A DNA stretch of 64,000 nt from Alphaproteobacteria bacterium. Lineage in GTDB: Bacteria > Pseudomonadota > Alphaproteobacteria > SP197. The stretch is from contig OZ219917.1 of NCBI GenBank assembly GCA_964291415.2, forward strand, positions 704,001 to 768,000, read 5' to 3'. A program made the translations under genes and the position numbers. How positions within the stretch are numbered: the stretch's first letter is position 1; every line of letters begins with the position of its first letter. The notes beneath the pieces are model-generated. The model was not told where the DNA came from. It did no database searches and was given only the letters and a program-made list of their open reading frames with translations. Shown here piece after piece: positions 56,593-64,000 of the stretch.

Positions 56593-57456
56593 TCAGGAGC
56601 CCGGGGCGCGGCGAGCGAGGATGATCCCGGCAACGGCGATCAGCGTCATGCCGATGGCCACCATGACGGTCGGGACGTCGCCGAAGACGAGGTAGCCCAG
56701 GGCCACCGCCACCAGGAGGGACGAGTACTCGAAGGGGACGACGAAACTCGCCTCTCCCTTGCGGTAGGCGAAGATGATGAGGAAGTGGGCGGAGCCGGCG
56801 AGCAGGCCGGCCAGAACGATGAACCAGAGGTTGATTCCCCCGGCCATCTGCCAGGTGCCGGGGACGACCAGAACCGGCACGAGACCTGTCAGGGCAAAGG
56901 CGACGGTGGTGTAGAAGGCGGTCACCGGCGCCGGCTCCGTCGCCCCCAGGCGTCGCGCCAGCAGCACCGTGACGGCCACCGAGATGGCTGCGCCGATGCC
57001 CCACAGCGCCGCCGGCCTGAAGGCGTCGCTGCCCGGCTGCACGATGACGAGGGCGCCTGCGAAGCCGACGGAGATCGCCGCCCAGCGGATCAGCGAGACC
57101 CGTTCCCCCAGGACGATGCGGCTCAGGATCGCCACGACAAAGGGTGACGAGTAGGTGACGGCGGTGGCATCGGCGATGGGAAGTTCCATGATGGCCCGCA
57201 GGTAGAAGGTGTAGGCCAGTGCCATGGCCATGCCGCGGCAGGCCTGCCCCCAGGGGCGCCGGGTCCTGAGGTATCGCCAGGTGCGGCTGATGGAAAGCGC
57301 GACGAAGACCGGCAGGAACGCGATGCAGCTCCTCAGCAGTATGAAACTGAAGGGGTCCATGTCCTGCGTCACCGTCTTGGCAAGGACGTCGCAGACGGTG
57401 AGCAGACAGACGCCGGCGATCACCGAGGCAATGGCAAGTCCGGGCTGGTCATTCAT
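56593..57456 (-). CDS. DMT/EamA-family transporter
   Basis: About ten TM helices, LPIADATA, LGERV and PFEYSSL. Confidence 0.9.
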   Translation of the reverse strand: MNDQPGLAIASVIAGVCLLTVCDVLAKTVTQDMDPFSFILLRSCIAFLPVFVALSISRTWRYLRTRRPWGQACRGMAMALAYTFYLRAIMELPIADATAVTYSSPFVVAILSRIVLGERVSLIRWAAISVGFAGALVIVQPGSDAFRPAALWGIGAAISVAVTVLLARRLGATEPAPVTAFYTTVAFALTGLVPVLVVPGTWQMAGGINLWFIVLAGLLAGSAHFLIIFAYRKGEASFVVPFEYSSLLVAVALGYLVFGDVPTVMVAIGMTLIAVAGIILARRAPGS

Positions 57457-57554
57457 GGCAATCGCGGGTGCCGGTAGGGGCAGGCGGTTTAACCTGCCTT
57501 GACTTTGTCGACAATTGCGGGTGTTGTTCCGCAGCCGGTGCTGAGAGAGGGTGT

Positions 57555-58925
57555 GTGAAGAAGTCCGTTTCCCGGTTCCAGACAAGCAGTCTTGATGACC
57601 TGAAATCTGTCCTGGTTGATTCTGGCGTAAGGTTTCTGCTGCCTTCCTACGTCGACATGCACGGCGTGTCGAAGTCGAAGATGGTGCCCATGAGCCACTT
57701 CGACCGGGCCATGGAAGGCTCGGAACTGTGCACCGGTGCGGCGGTGGACGGCGTACCGCAGGACATCAGTGACGAGGAGGTGGCGGCCCATCCGGATCCC
57801 GCCTCGTGCACGATCCAGCCGTGGATGCCCGATGTCGCGTGGTTCGCCAGCAATCTCCACTGTGAGGGAAAACCCTTCGAGCCATGCAGCCGGAACATTC
57901 TCGGCCGTGTCGTCAGCGAGGCCGAATCCCTCGGTCTCGGCATGAATCTCGGTGTCGAGACGGAGTTCTTCGTGTTCCGTGATGATGGTTCGCTGTGCCA
58001 GCCGATGAGTCCGCGGCACAATCTCGACAAGCCCGCCTACGACACCTCGCGACTGCTGGACAACATCGGCTGGATGGGCGAACTCGTCGACGCCATGAAT
58101 GCATTGGGCTGGGACGTTTACAGCTTCGATCACGAAGACGGCATCGGCCAGTTCGAAATCGACTTTTCCTATGCCGACGTCATGACCATGGCCGACCGTG
58201 TCGTCTTCTTCCGCCGCATGGCCAACGAGATCGCGAGGCGCCATGGCGGCTTTGCCTCGTTCATGCCCAAGCCTTTCGGCGACTACGCCGGAAGCGGTGC
58301 GCATTTCAACATGTCGCTATGCGACGCGGCGAGCGATGCCAATCTGTTTGTTGCGGACGATGACCCGAGGGATTGCGGTCTTTCCGCGCTAGGCTATCAC
58401 TTCGTTGCCGGGTTGCTGCGCCACCTGCCCGCCATATCGGCGGTCGTGGCGCCGACGGTCAACAGCTACAAGCGTCTCATCCTCAAGGGCAGCAATTCGG
58501 GGTTCACCTGGGCGCCCGTCTTCTGTTCGTACGGCAACAACAACCGCACCAACACCATCCGCATTCCCGGTGGCGGAGGGCGCGTCGAACTGCGCCTCGC
58601 CGACTCGTCCGGCAATCCCTATCTTGGCGCCGCCATGGTGTTGGCGGCTGGCCTCGAGGGCATTCGCGAGGAACTCGATCCCGGTGAGCCGCACCGCGAG
58701 AATCTCTATGTCACCACCGAGGACGAGCGTCGCAAGACCGGCGTCGACACCCTGCCGCGCACGCTTGGCGAGGCTCTTGATGCCTTTGCGTCGAGCGACT
58801 TGGCGCGCAGGACATTCGGAGAAACCATGTTCGGGGCCTGGCTCGCGTACAAGCGGGACGAGTGGCTGGCCTATCTCAACCATGTCAGCGAGTGGGAGCG
58901 CGACCGGTACCTGCGCTTCTTCTGA
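57555..58925 (+). CDS. glnT: GlnT-type glutamine synthetase-like protein (possible gamma-glutamylmethylamide synthetase)
   Basis: SYVDMHGVSKSK, GVETEFF, SFDHEDG.GQFE, FMPKPF, GSGAHFN, NSYKRL and NNRT. Confidence 0.85.
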   Translation: MKKSVSRFQTSSLDDLKSVLVDSGVRFLLPSYVDMHGVSKSKMVPMSHFDRAMEGSELCTGAAVDGVPQDISDEEVAAHPDPASCTIQPWMPDVAWFASNLHCEGKPFEPCSRNILGRVVSEAESLGLGMNLGVETEFFVFRDDGSLCQPMSPRHNLDKPAYDTSRLLDNIGWMGELVDAMNALGWDVYSFDHEDGIGQFEIDFSYADVMTMADRVVFFRRMANEIARRHGGFASFMPKPFGDYAGSGAHFNMSLCDAASDANLFVADDDPRDCGLSALGYHFVAGLLRHLPAISAVVAPTVNSYKRLILKGSNSGFTWAPVFCSYGNNNRTNTIRIPGGGGRVELRLADSSGNPYLGAAMVLAAGLEGIREELDPGEPHRENLYVTTEDERRKTGVDTLPRTLGEALDAFASSDLARRTFGETMFGAWLAYKRDEWLAYLNHVSEWERDRYLRFF

Positions 58926-59004
58926 CGTCCGCGGCCCGGCGGCCGGCTAATCCGAGGAGGAGCCGGAAAGGGAGCATTCAACACTGCAAAGAGGGTTCAA
59001 CTAC

Positions 59005-60306
59005 ATGACTCCTGAAGAACTTCAAGCGGCAGTCGAGTGGTCGACGAAGATCAGTGCCGAAGGGTACTACTGGTGGTCGATCGGTCTCATGGTCGCCATT
59101 CATGCGGGATTCCTGATGTACGAGATGGGAGCCTCCCGGGTGAAGAACACACTGGCGTCGGGATGCAAGAACATTCTCGCCTTCGCCTTCATCATTCCGA
59201 CGATGTTCATGTTCGGCTGGTGGGTCTATCTCGCCTTCCCGCACGGCATCGTCCCCAACATGGAGTACGGATTGTTCGGGGAACCGTGGAACGAGTTCAT
59301 GGGCCCCAATCTCTCCGACAACATCACCGGTGTCATCTGGGGTGCCTTTGTGCTGTTCTCGGCCACCACCGCCTCGATCATGTCCGGCTCCGTCATCGAA
59401 CGCATCCGCATGGGATCGTTCATCATCCTCGCCGTGGCCCTGGGCTCCTTCGCCTGGCTGATTGGCGCCTCGTGGGGATGGCATCCGGAAGGCTGGCTGG
59501 TTACCGAATTCGGTTACCATGATGTCGGTGCGTCCGGCGTGGTGCACATCATCTCCGGCTTCTTCGCGCTTGGCGTGCTGATCAACCTCGGTCCGCGTAT
59601 CGGCAAGTTCGGTCCCAATGGCGAGATCAACAATCTCCAGGGCCACAGCGTGCCGATGACGATTGCCGGCCTGATGATCATCATCATCGGTTTCGTTGGC
59701 TTCATGGGCGCCTGCCTGCTCTACAACGGCACCGGCCAATGGGGGAACATCTATGGTGGCCCGACGACGCTTTCGGCGTGGTCGTTCAACCTTCTGATGA
59801 GCTTTGGTGGCGGAATCATCGGCGCCTACGCGGTCACCCGTGATCCATTCTGGATGATGTCGGGGGCGCTCGGCGGCATCTTTGCGGCCGCTGCCGGTCT
59901 CGATCTCTACTATCCACCACTCGCTTTCGCCCTCGGCTTTGCCGGCGGTGTGCTGATTCCCTATGGCCAGCGCTTCCTCGAGAAGTTGCGCATCGACGAC
60001 GCGGTCGGCGCCGTGTCGGTGCACGGTTTCTGCGGAATCCTCGGTGTGCTGGCGTGCGGCATCTTCCTCGACGGCTATCCGGCCGTCTCGGAGTCCATAC
60101 CGGGCATCACCTTCTGGGGTCAGCTTGTCGGTTGCGTGGTCATGATCCTCATCGGCTTCGTGCCGGGTTACGTGCTGTCGCTGATTCTCAAGATGCTGGG
60201 CATTCTGCGTGCAAGCGACGAAATCCAGCAGGTCGGAATGGATCTGGAGATTCCGTCTCCTGCCTATCCCGAGCAGATCACCTCACACCTTCACTGGCGC
60301 GGCTGA
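59005..60306 (+). CDS. Amt-family ammonium/methylammonium transporter
   Basis: HAGFLMYEMG, SGSVIER, WGWHPEGW, HDVGASGVVH, LGPRIGKF and DDAVGAVSVHG (twin His). Confidence 0.93.
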   Translation: MTPEELQAAVEWSTKISAEGYYWWSIGLMVAIHAGFLMYEMGASRVKNTLASGCKNILAFAFIIPTMFMFGWWVYLAFPHGIVPNMEYGLFGEPWNEFMGPNLSDNITGVIWGAFVLFSATTASIMSGSVIERIRMGSFIILAVALGSFAWLIGASWGWHPEGWLVTEFGYHDVGASGVVHIISGFFALGVLINLGPRIGKFGPNGEINNLQGHSVPMTIAGLMIIIIGFVGFMGACLLYNGTGQWGNIYGGPTTLSAWSFNLLMSFGGGIIGAYAVTRDPFWMMSGALGGIFAAAAGLDLYYPPLAFALGFAGGVLIPYGQRFLEKLRIDDAVGAVSVHGFCGILGVLACGIFLDGYPAVSESIPGITFWGQLVGCVVMILIGFVPGYVLSLILKMLGILRASDEIQQVGMDLEIPSPAYPEQITSHLHWRG

Positions 60307-60344
60307 GCTGCGTTCAGGGCAGATAATCTGAAAGGAGAACTATC

Positions 60345-60530
60345 ATGTTTGGTGGAAGTCCGATCGAGTCCTGGGAAGGAGCCACCGCGATCTACAGTTA
60401 TGCCGGATCCGGCGGCGTCCATCTCTTCCTGTGGATTTCGGTCCTCCTGTGTGTCGGCACGGTCGTCGCGTCGATCATCGCGGAGAACCGTGCAGAGGCA
60501 GAAGCAAAGCGTCTGTCCGAGGAACAGTAG
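60345..60530 (+). CDS. small single-TM membrane protein downstream of amt
   Basis: Strong AAAGGAG RBS, SPIESWEGA.AIY followed by one TM helix, then a terminator-like hairpin. Confidence 0.7.
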   Translation: MFGGSPIESWEGATAIYSYAGSGGVHLFLWISVLLCVGTVVASIIAENRAEAEAKRLSEEQ

Positions 60531-60545
60531 TAACCTCTTGTTCGA

Positions 60546-60573
60546 AGGGCAGCCGGCTCCGGCCGGCTGCCCT
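60546..60573. terminator. probable bidirectional terminator
   Basis: agggcagccggc-tccg-gccggctgccct is a 12-bp stem between convergent genes. Confidence 0.65.
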
Positions 60574-60580
60574 CCGGATT

Positions 60581-62620
60581 CTACAAGACGCCCACAAGGC
60601 GCACGGCGTCGTAGACCGCGGCGTGAATGTTGCGGCTCTCGACGGCGTCGCCGAGGCGGAAGAGCTGGAAGGCGCCCTCGGGATTGCTGCGGATCTCCTG
60701 GGGCCGGCGCTGGATCAGCGCCTCGTAGTCCACCTCCCCGCGATTGACCGAGAGGTCGCGCAGTTCGAAGTAGAGATCGTCGGCGGGAAGGGTGCCGTGC
60801 TCGATCACCACCTGATCGACCAGGCGCTCGCCGACGTCGCCCCCGGTGAATTCGCTGAACAGCGTCGCCCGCAGTCGGTTGCCCCGGCGTTCCAGTCTCG
60901 AGACCCTGGTGTTGATGGTGATGGTGACGCCGTGCTCCTGGAAGAACTCGGCATAGGGCGCATGGGTGAGCGCTCCCAGTTCGGGCGCGAACGTGCGTTC
61001 CGGCGAGACGACTTCCACCCTTGAACCGGCGTCGGCCGCCAGCCAGGCGGCCTGCATGCCCGGCTGATGGCCGTTGTCGTCGAAGACCAGAACCTCCGCT
61101 GCCGGAGCGACGGTTCCGGCAAGCAGGTCCCAGGAGCTGACGGCAAGACCGGAACCGTCGTCGAGGATCTCCTTGTTGGGTACGCCGCCCGTACAGACAA
61201 GAACGACGTCGGGGTCGAGGGCCAGCACGTCGTCCGCGCCCGCCAGCACGTTGCAGCGCACGTCGATACCCAGCCGCGTCAGGCGGGCAAGGCGCCAGTC
61301 GACGATGCCGATCAGGTCCTTGCGGTTGGGCGTGCGCGCCGCCAGGAGAATCTGGCCGCCAGGCCGGTTCGCCGCCTCCAGCACGACCACGTCGTGGCCG
61401 CGTTCGCCGGCGACGCGGGCGGCCTCCAGGCCGGCCGGTCCGGCGCCCACCACGACGATGCGCCGTCGAGGTCCCGAACGCGGTTCCACCAGCTGCGGCA
61501 GCGAGGCTTCGCGGCCCGTCGACGGATTATGAACACAGAGAGCGCCGGTTCCCGCATAGACGCTCTCGAGGCAGTAGGTGGCGCCGACACAGGGCCGGAT
61601 GTCGTCCTCGCGACCCTCGACGATGCGGTTGACGATATGGGGATCGGCGATGTGCGCCCGGGTCATGCCCACCATGTCGAGCTGGCCGGCGGCGATGGCG
61701 TGGCGTGCCGTGGCGATGTCGGCAATCTTGTTGGCGTGGAAGACCGGAAAGCGTGTCTCGGCGCGGATGCCGCCGGCAAACTCGAGGTGGGGAGAGGCCG
61801 CCATGCCGGCCACCGGAATGATGTCGGTGAGGGCCCGGTCGTGGTCGATGTGGCCCTTGATGACGTTCAGGAAGTCGATCTTGCCCGTGGCGATGAAGCG
61901 CCGGGCGATCTCGAGGCCGGCGGCGCGCCCGTAGCCCTTGCGCCAGTCTTCGTCCAGGGACATGCGGAGGCCGACGATGAAGTCGGGGCCGACGGCGCTG
62001 CGCACCTCGCCCAGCACCGCCATGGCAAAGCGCAACCGGTTGTCGAGACTGCCGCCCCACTGATCGCCGCGCCGGTTGGTGGCGGGAGACCAGAACTGGT
62101 CCATCAGGTGGCCGTAGGCCTCGAACTCGATGCCGTCGAGTCCCGCGTCGGCCATGCGCGCGGCGGCCAGTCCGTAGTCCCGCACGACCCTCTCGATGTC
62201 CCAGTCCTCCATTTCCTTGGGAAACGCGCGGTGGGCCGGTTCGCGCACCATGGAGGGCGCCAGGACGGGGAGCCAGTGCTCCTTGTTCCAGTTGGTGCGC
62301 CGGCCGAGATGGGTGAGCTGGATCATCACCGCCGTGCCATGGTCGTGGCAGGCTTCCGTGAGCCGGCGCAGGCCTGACACCACCTCGTCCTTCCACGCCT
62401 GGACGTTCATGAAGGCCTGGGCCGAATCCTTCGAGACCACGGTGGAGCCGGCGATCATGGTGAGAGCGATGCCGCCCCTTGCCTTCTCCTCGTGGTAGCG
62501 CACGTAGCGCTCTCCCACGAGACCGTCCTCGGTGTAGCCGGGCTCATGGGCCGTCGACATGATCCGGTTCTTCAACGTGAGATGCTTCAGACGGTAGGGC
62601 TGGAGCAGGGGGTCATTCAT
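60581..62620 (-). CDS. NADH:flavin oxidoreductase (OYE + Fe-S + FAD; StcD/DgcA-like N-methyl demethylation family)
   Basis: NDPLLQPYRLKHLTLKNRIMSTAHEP, QLTHLGRR, GHLMDQFWSP, IRPCVGATYC...CVHN and VVGAGPAG. Confidence 0.88.
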   Translation of the reverse strand: MNDPLLQPYRLKHLTLKNRIMSTAHEPGYTEDGLVGERYVRYHEEKARGGIALTMIAGSTVVSKDSAQAFMNVQAWKDEVVSGLRRLTEACHDHGTAVMIQLTHLGRRTNWNKEHWLPVLAPSMVREPAHRAFPKEMEDWDIERVVRDYGLAAARMADAGLDGIEFEAYGHLMDQFWSPATNRRGDQWGGSLDNRLRFAMAVLGEVRSAVGPDFIVGLRMSLDEDWRKGYGRAAGLEIARRFIATGKIDFLNVIKGHIDHDRALTDIIPVAGMAASPHLEFAGGIRAETRFPVFHANKIADIATARHAIAAGQLDMVGMTRAHIADPHIVNRIVEGREDDIRPCVGATYCLESVYAGTGALCVHNPSTGREASLPQLVEPRSGPRRRIVVVGAGPAGLEAARVAGERGHDVVVLEAANRPGGQILLAARTPNRKDLIGIVDWRLARLTRLGIDVRCNVLAGADDVLALDPDVVLVCTGGVPNKEILDDGSGLAVSSWDLLAGTVAPAAEVLVFDDNGHQPGMQAAWLAADAGSRVEVVSPERTFAPELGALTHAPYAEFFQEHGVTITINTRVSRLERRGNRLRATLFSEFTGGDVGERLVDQVVIEHGTLPADDLYFELRDLSVNRGEVDYEALIQRRPQEIRSNPEGAFQLFRLGDAVESRNIHAAVYDAVRLVGVL

Positions 62621-63137
62621 GGGCCTGGATCCACGCAATCCATCATGCATAGCACACTTCGCGAAGCGGTTGATCTGGCGGGATATCCTGGCGCACGTGG
62701 AGCAGGGCACCCCCTCTCCCGGCACGAATCGTCGCCCGTCAGTCAACCGACCGCGGACGGACACGTGTCAAGTTGCAGGGGGAACGGAACAACGGTCGTC
62801 CACGTGCGTCGATCCTGCATCCATGGTGACGGGGACATGGTGGACAGCACTTCCAGGCGGTTTTCGACCTGCGGCACGATTTTGAATGCTGTTTCGATTG
62901 TCGTGACTGTTTTTCGACGGGCCCAGAAAGGCCCCGGTTCCTTCCGACCGATGGAACCGGGTCGCGAAGCGCCCCGGCATTCCGCGATCGCCGTGCCGGT
63001 CACAGAGATCGGGCGAACGACATCCCGAGTTAACCGGCAAGGTGGCAGCGGGCTCGCTGCCCGTGCCTCACCCGAGATTGCCGTGCGCCCTTTCTTCGCC
63101 CAGACTTGCGCGCCAGAGCCAGGGAAGAGGATGGACC

Positions 63138-63914
63138 ATGGGTGGACGGCTTGACGGGAAAACCGCGCTTGTCACCGGGGGCGGACGCGGTATCGGTGCC
63201 GGCATCGCCAGGGTTTTCGCGGCGGAAGGCGCGCGGATCGTGATCGCGACGCGCACTGTTGGTCGAGGAGAGGCGGTGGCCCGCGGGATCTCGAAGGCTG
63301 GTGGAGAGGCCTGGGCGATGGCGACCGATGTCGCCGACGCGGATCAGGTCAGAACCATGATCGCCGAGGCCCGCAAACGCCTCGGCGTGATCGACATCGT
63401 CGCCCACAACGCCGGCGTTTTCCCGTCATCGACGATCGCCAGAATGAAGGAAGCCGAGTGGGATCACGTGCTCGACACGAACCTCAAGAGCCTCTTTCTG
63501 ATTGCGAAGGCCGTTCTCCCCCACATGGTTCGCCGCCATTACGGGCGGATCGTCGTGACGTCATCGATCTCAGGTCCGCGGGTGGCCATGCCCGGATGGA
63601 GCCACTACTGCGCTTCGAAGGCCGGTGTGAACGGATTCATCAAGGCCGCGGCCCTGGAAGTCGCCCGGCAAGGCATCACGATCAACGCCGTCGAACCCGG
63701 CAACATCCTCATCCGCCGCCCCGGGTCCCGCGAGGCCAGGGAGCATGAGGACGCGATGGTTCCCGCCATTCCCATGGGAGAACTCGGCACGCCCGAGGAT
63801 ATCGCCCATGCAGCACTTTACCTCGCCAGCGACGAAGCGCGTTACGTGACCGGCCAGACCATCGTCGTCGACGGCGGCCAGGTCCTTCCCGAAAGCCAGG
63901 CCGGAGTGCTTTAG
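63138..63914 (+). CDS. short-chain dehydrogenase/reductase (FabG-like)
   Basis: TGGGRGIG, HNAG, TSSISG, YCASK and VDGGQ. Confidence 0.93.
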   Translation: MGGRLDGKTALVTGGGRGIGAGIARVFAAEGARIVIATRTVGRGEAVARGISKAGGEAWAMATDVADADQVRTMIAEARKRLGVIDIVAHNAGVFPSSTIARMKEAEWDHVLDTNLKSLFLIAKAVLPHMVRRHYGRIVVTSSISGPRVAMPGWSHYCASKAGVNGFIKAAALEVARQGITINAVEPGNILIRRPGSREAREHEDAMVPAIPMGELGTPEDIAHAALYLASDEARYVTGQTIVVDGGQVLPESQAGVL

Positions 63915-64000
63915 CACGGCATCCGCCACGAACGCAGACAGCGGCCGCTCTGATCCTGGCCCTCAGCCGAACCTGACCGGTGACCATGGATGTCGGCTTC

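Noticed and set aside
62621-63137. ~500-nt divergent intergenic region as a possible riboswitch or sRNA
   Set aside because: No recognisable aptamer consensus or strong hairpin was seen, so it cannot be supported without a covariance search.
1-64000. CRISPR arrays, tRNA/rRNA genes, IS elements, integrases or prophage genes
   Set aside because: No regularly spaced repeats, RNA-gene signatures, or transposase, integrase or phage motifs were recognised by eye. Small RNAs or riboswitches could have been missed without an Infernal/Rfam scan.

Overview
High-GC bacterial chromosomal window, most likely from an alphaproteobacterium (inferred from the maf-aroE-coaE-dnaQ gene order). It is dominated by organic nitrogen and sulfur scavenging genes: a probable xsc start opposite ackA, a DMFase-like large subunit, three PotD-type binding proteins, polyamine and peptide ABC systems, an amidase, an amidinotransferase-family hydrolase, a xanthine-dehydrogenase-family enzyme, GlnT/GmaS plus Amt, and a StcD/DgcA-like flavoenzyme. 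Intact and decayed toxin-antitoxin modules and small pseudogene relics are scattered through it, which fits a host-associated lifestyle (inference). The standout is a ~12.6 kb candidate RiPP cluster (33072-45720). It has an NHLP (nitrile-hydratase-like leader, proteusin-type) precursor whose predicted core is only GGYY, or YY. It also has two tandem cytochrome P450s, a SAM methyltransferase, two paralogous uncharacterised ~350-aa proteins (possibly prenyltransferase-like), and an NHLP-type export trio (HlyD-like adaptor, C39-peptidase ABC transporter, second ABC transporter). No YcaO, LanM or radical-SAM enzyme is present. No rRNA, tRNA, CRISPR array, transposase or integrase was recognised. 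All family calls come from motif recognition by eye, not database searches. Start codons were adjusted from the ORF track where an RBS or family N-terminus supported it.
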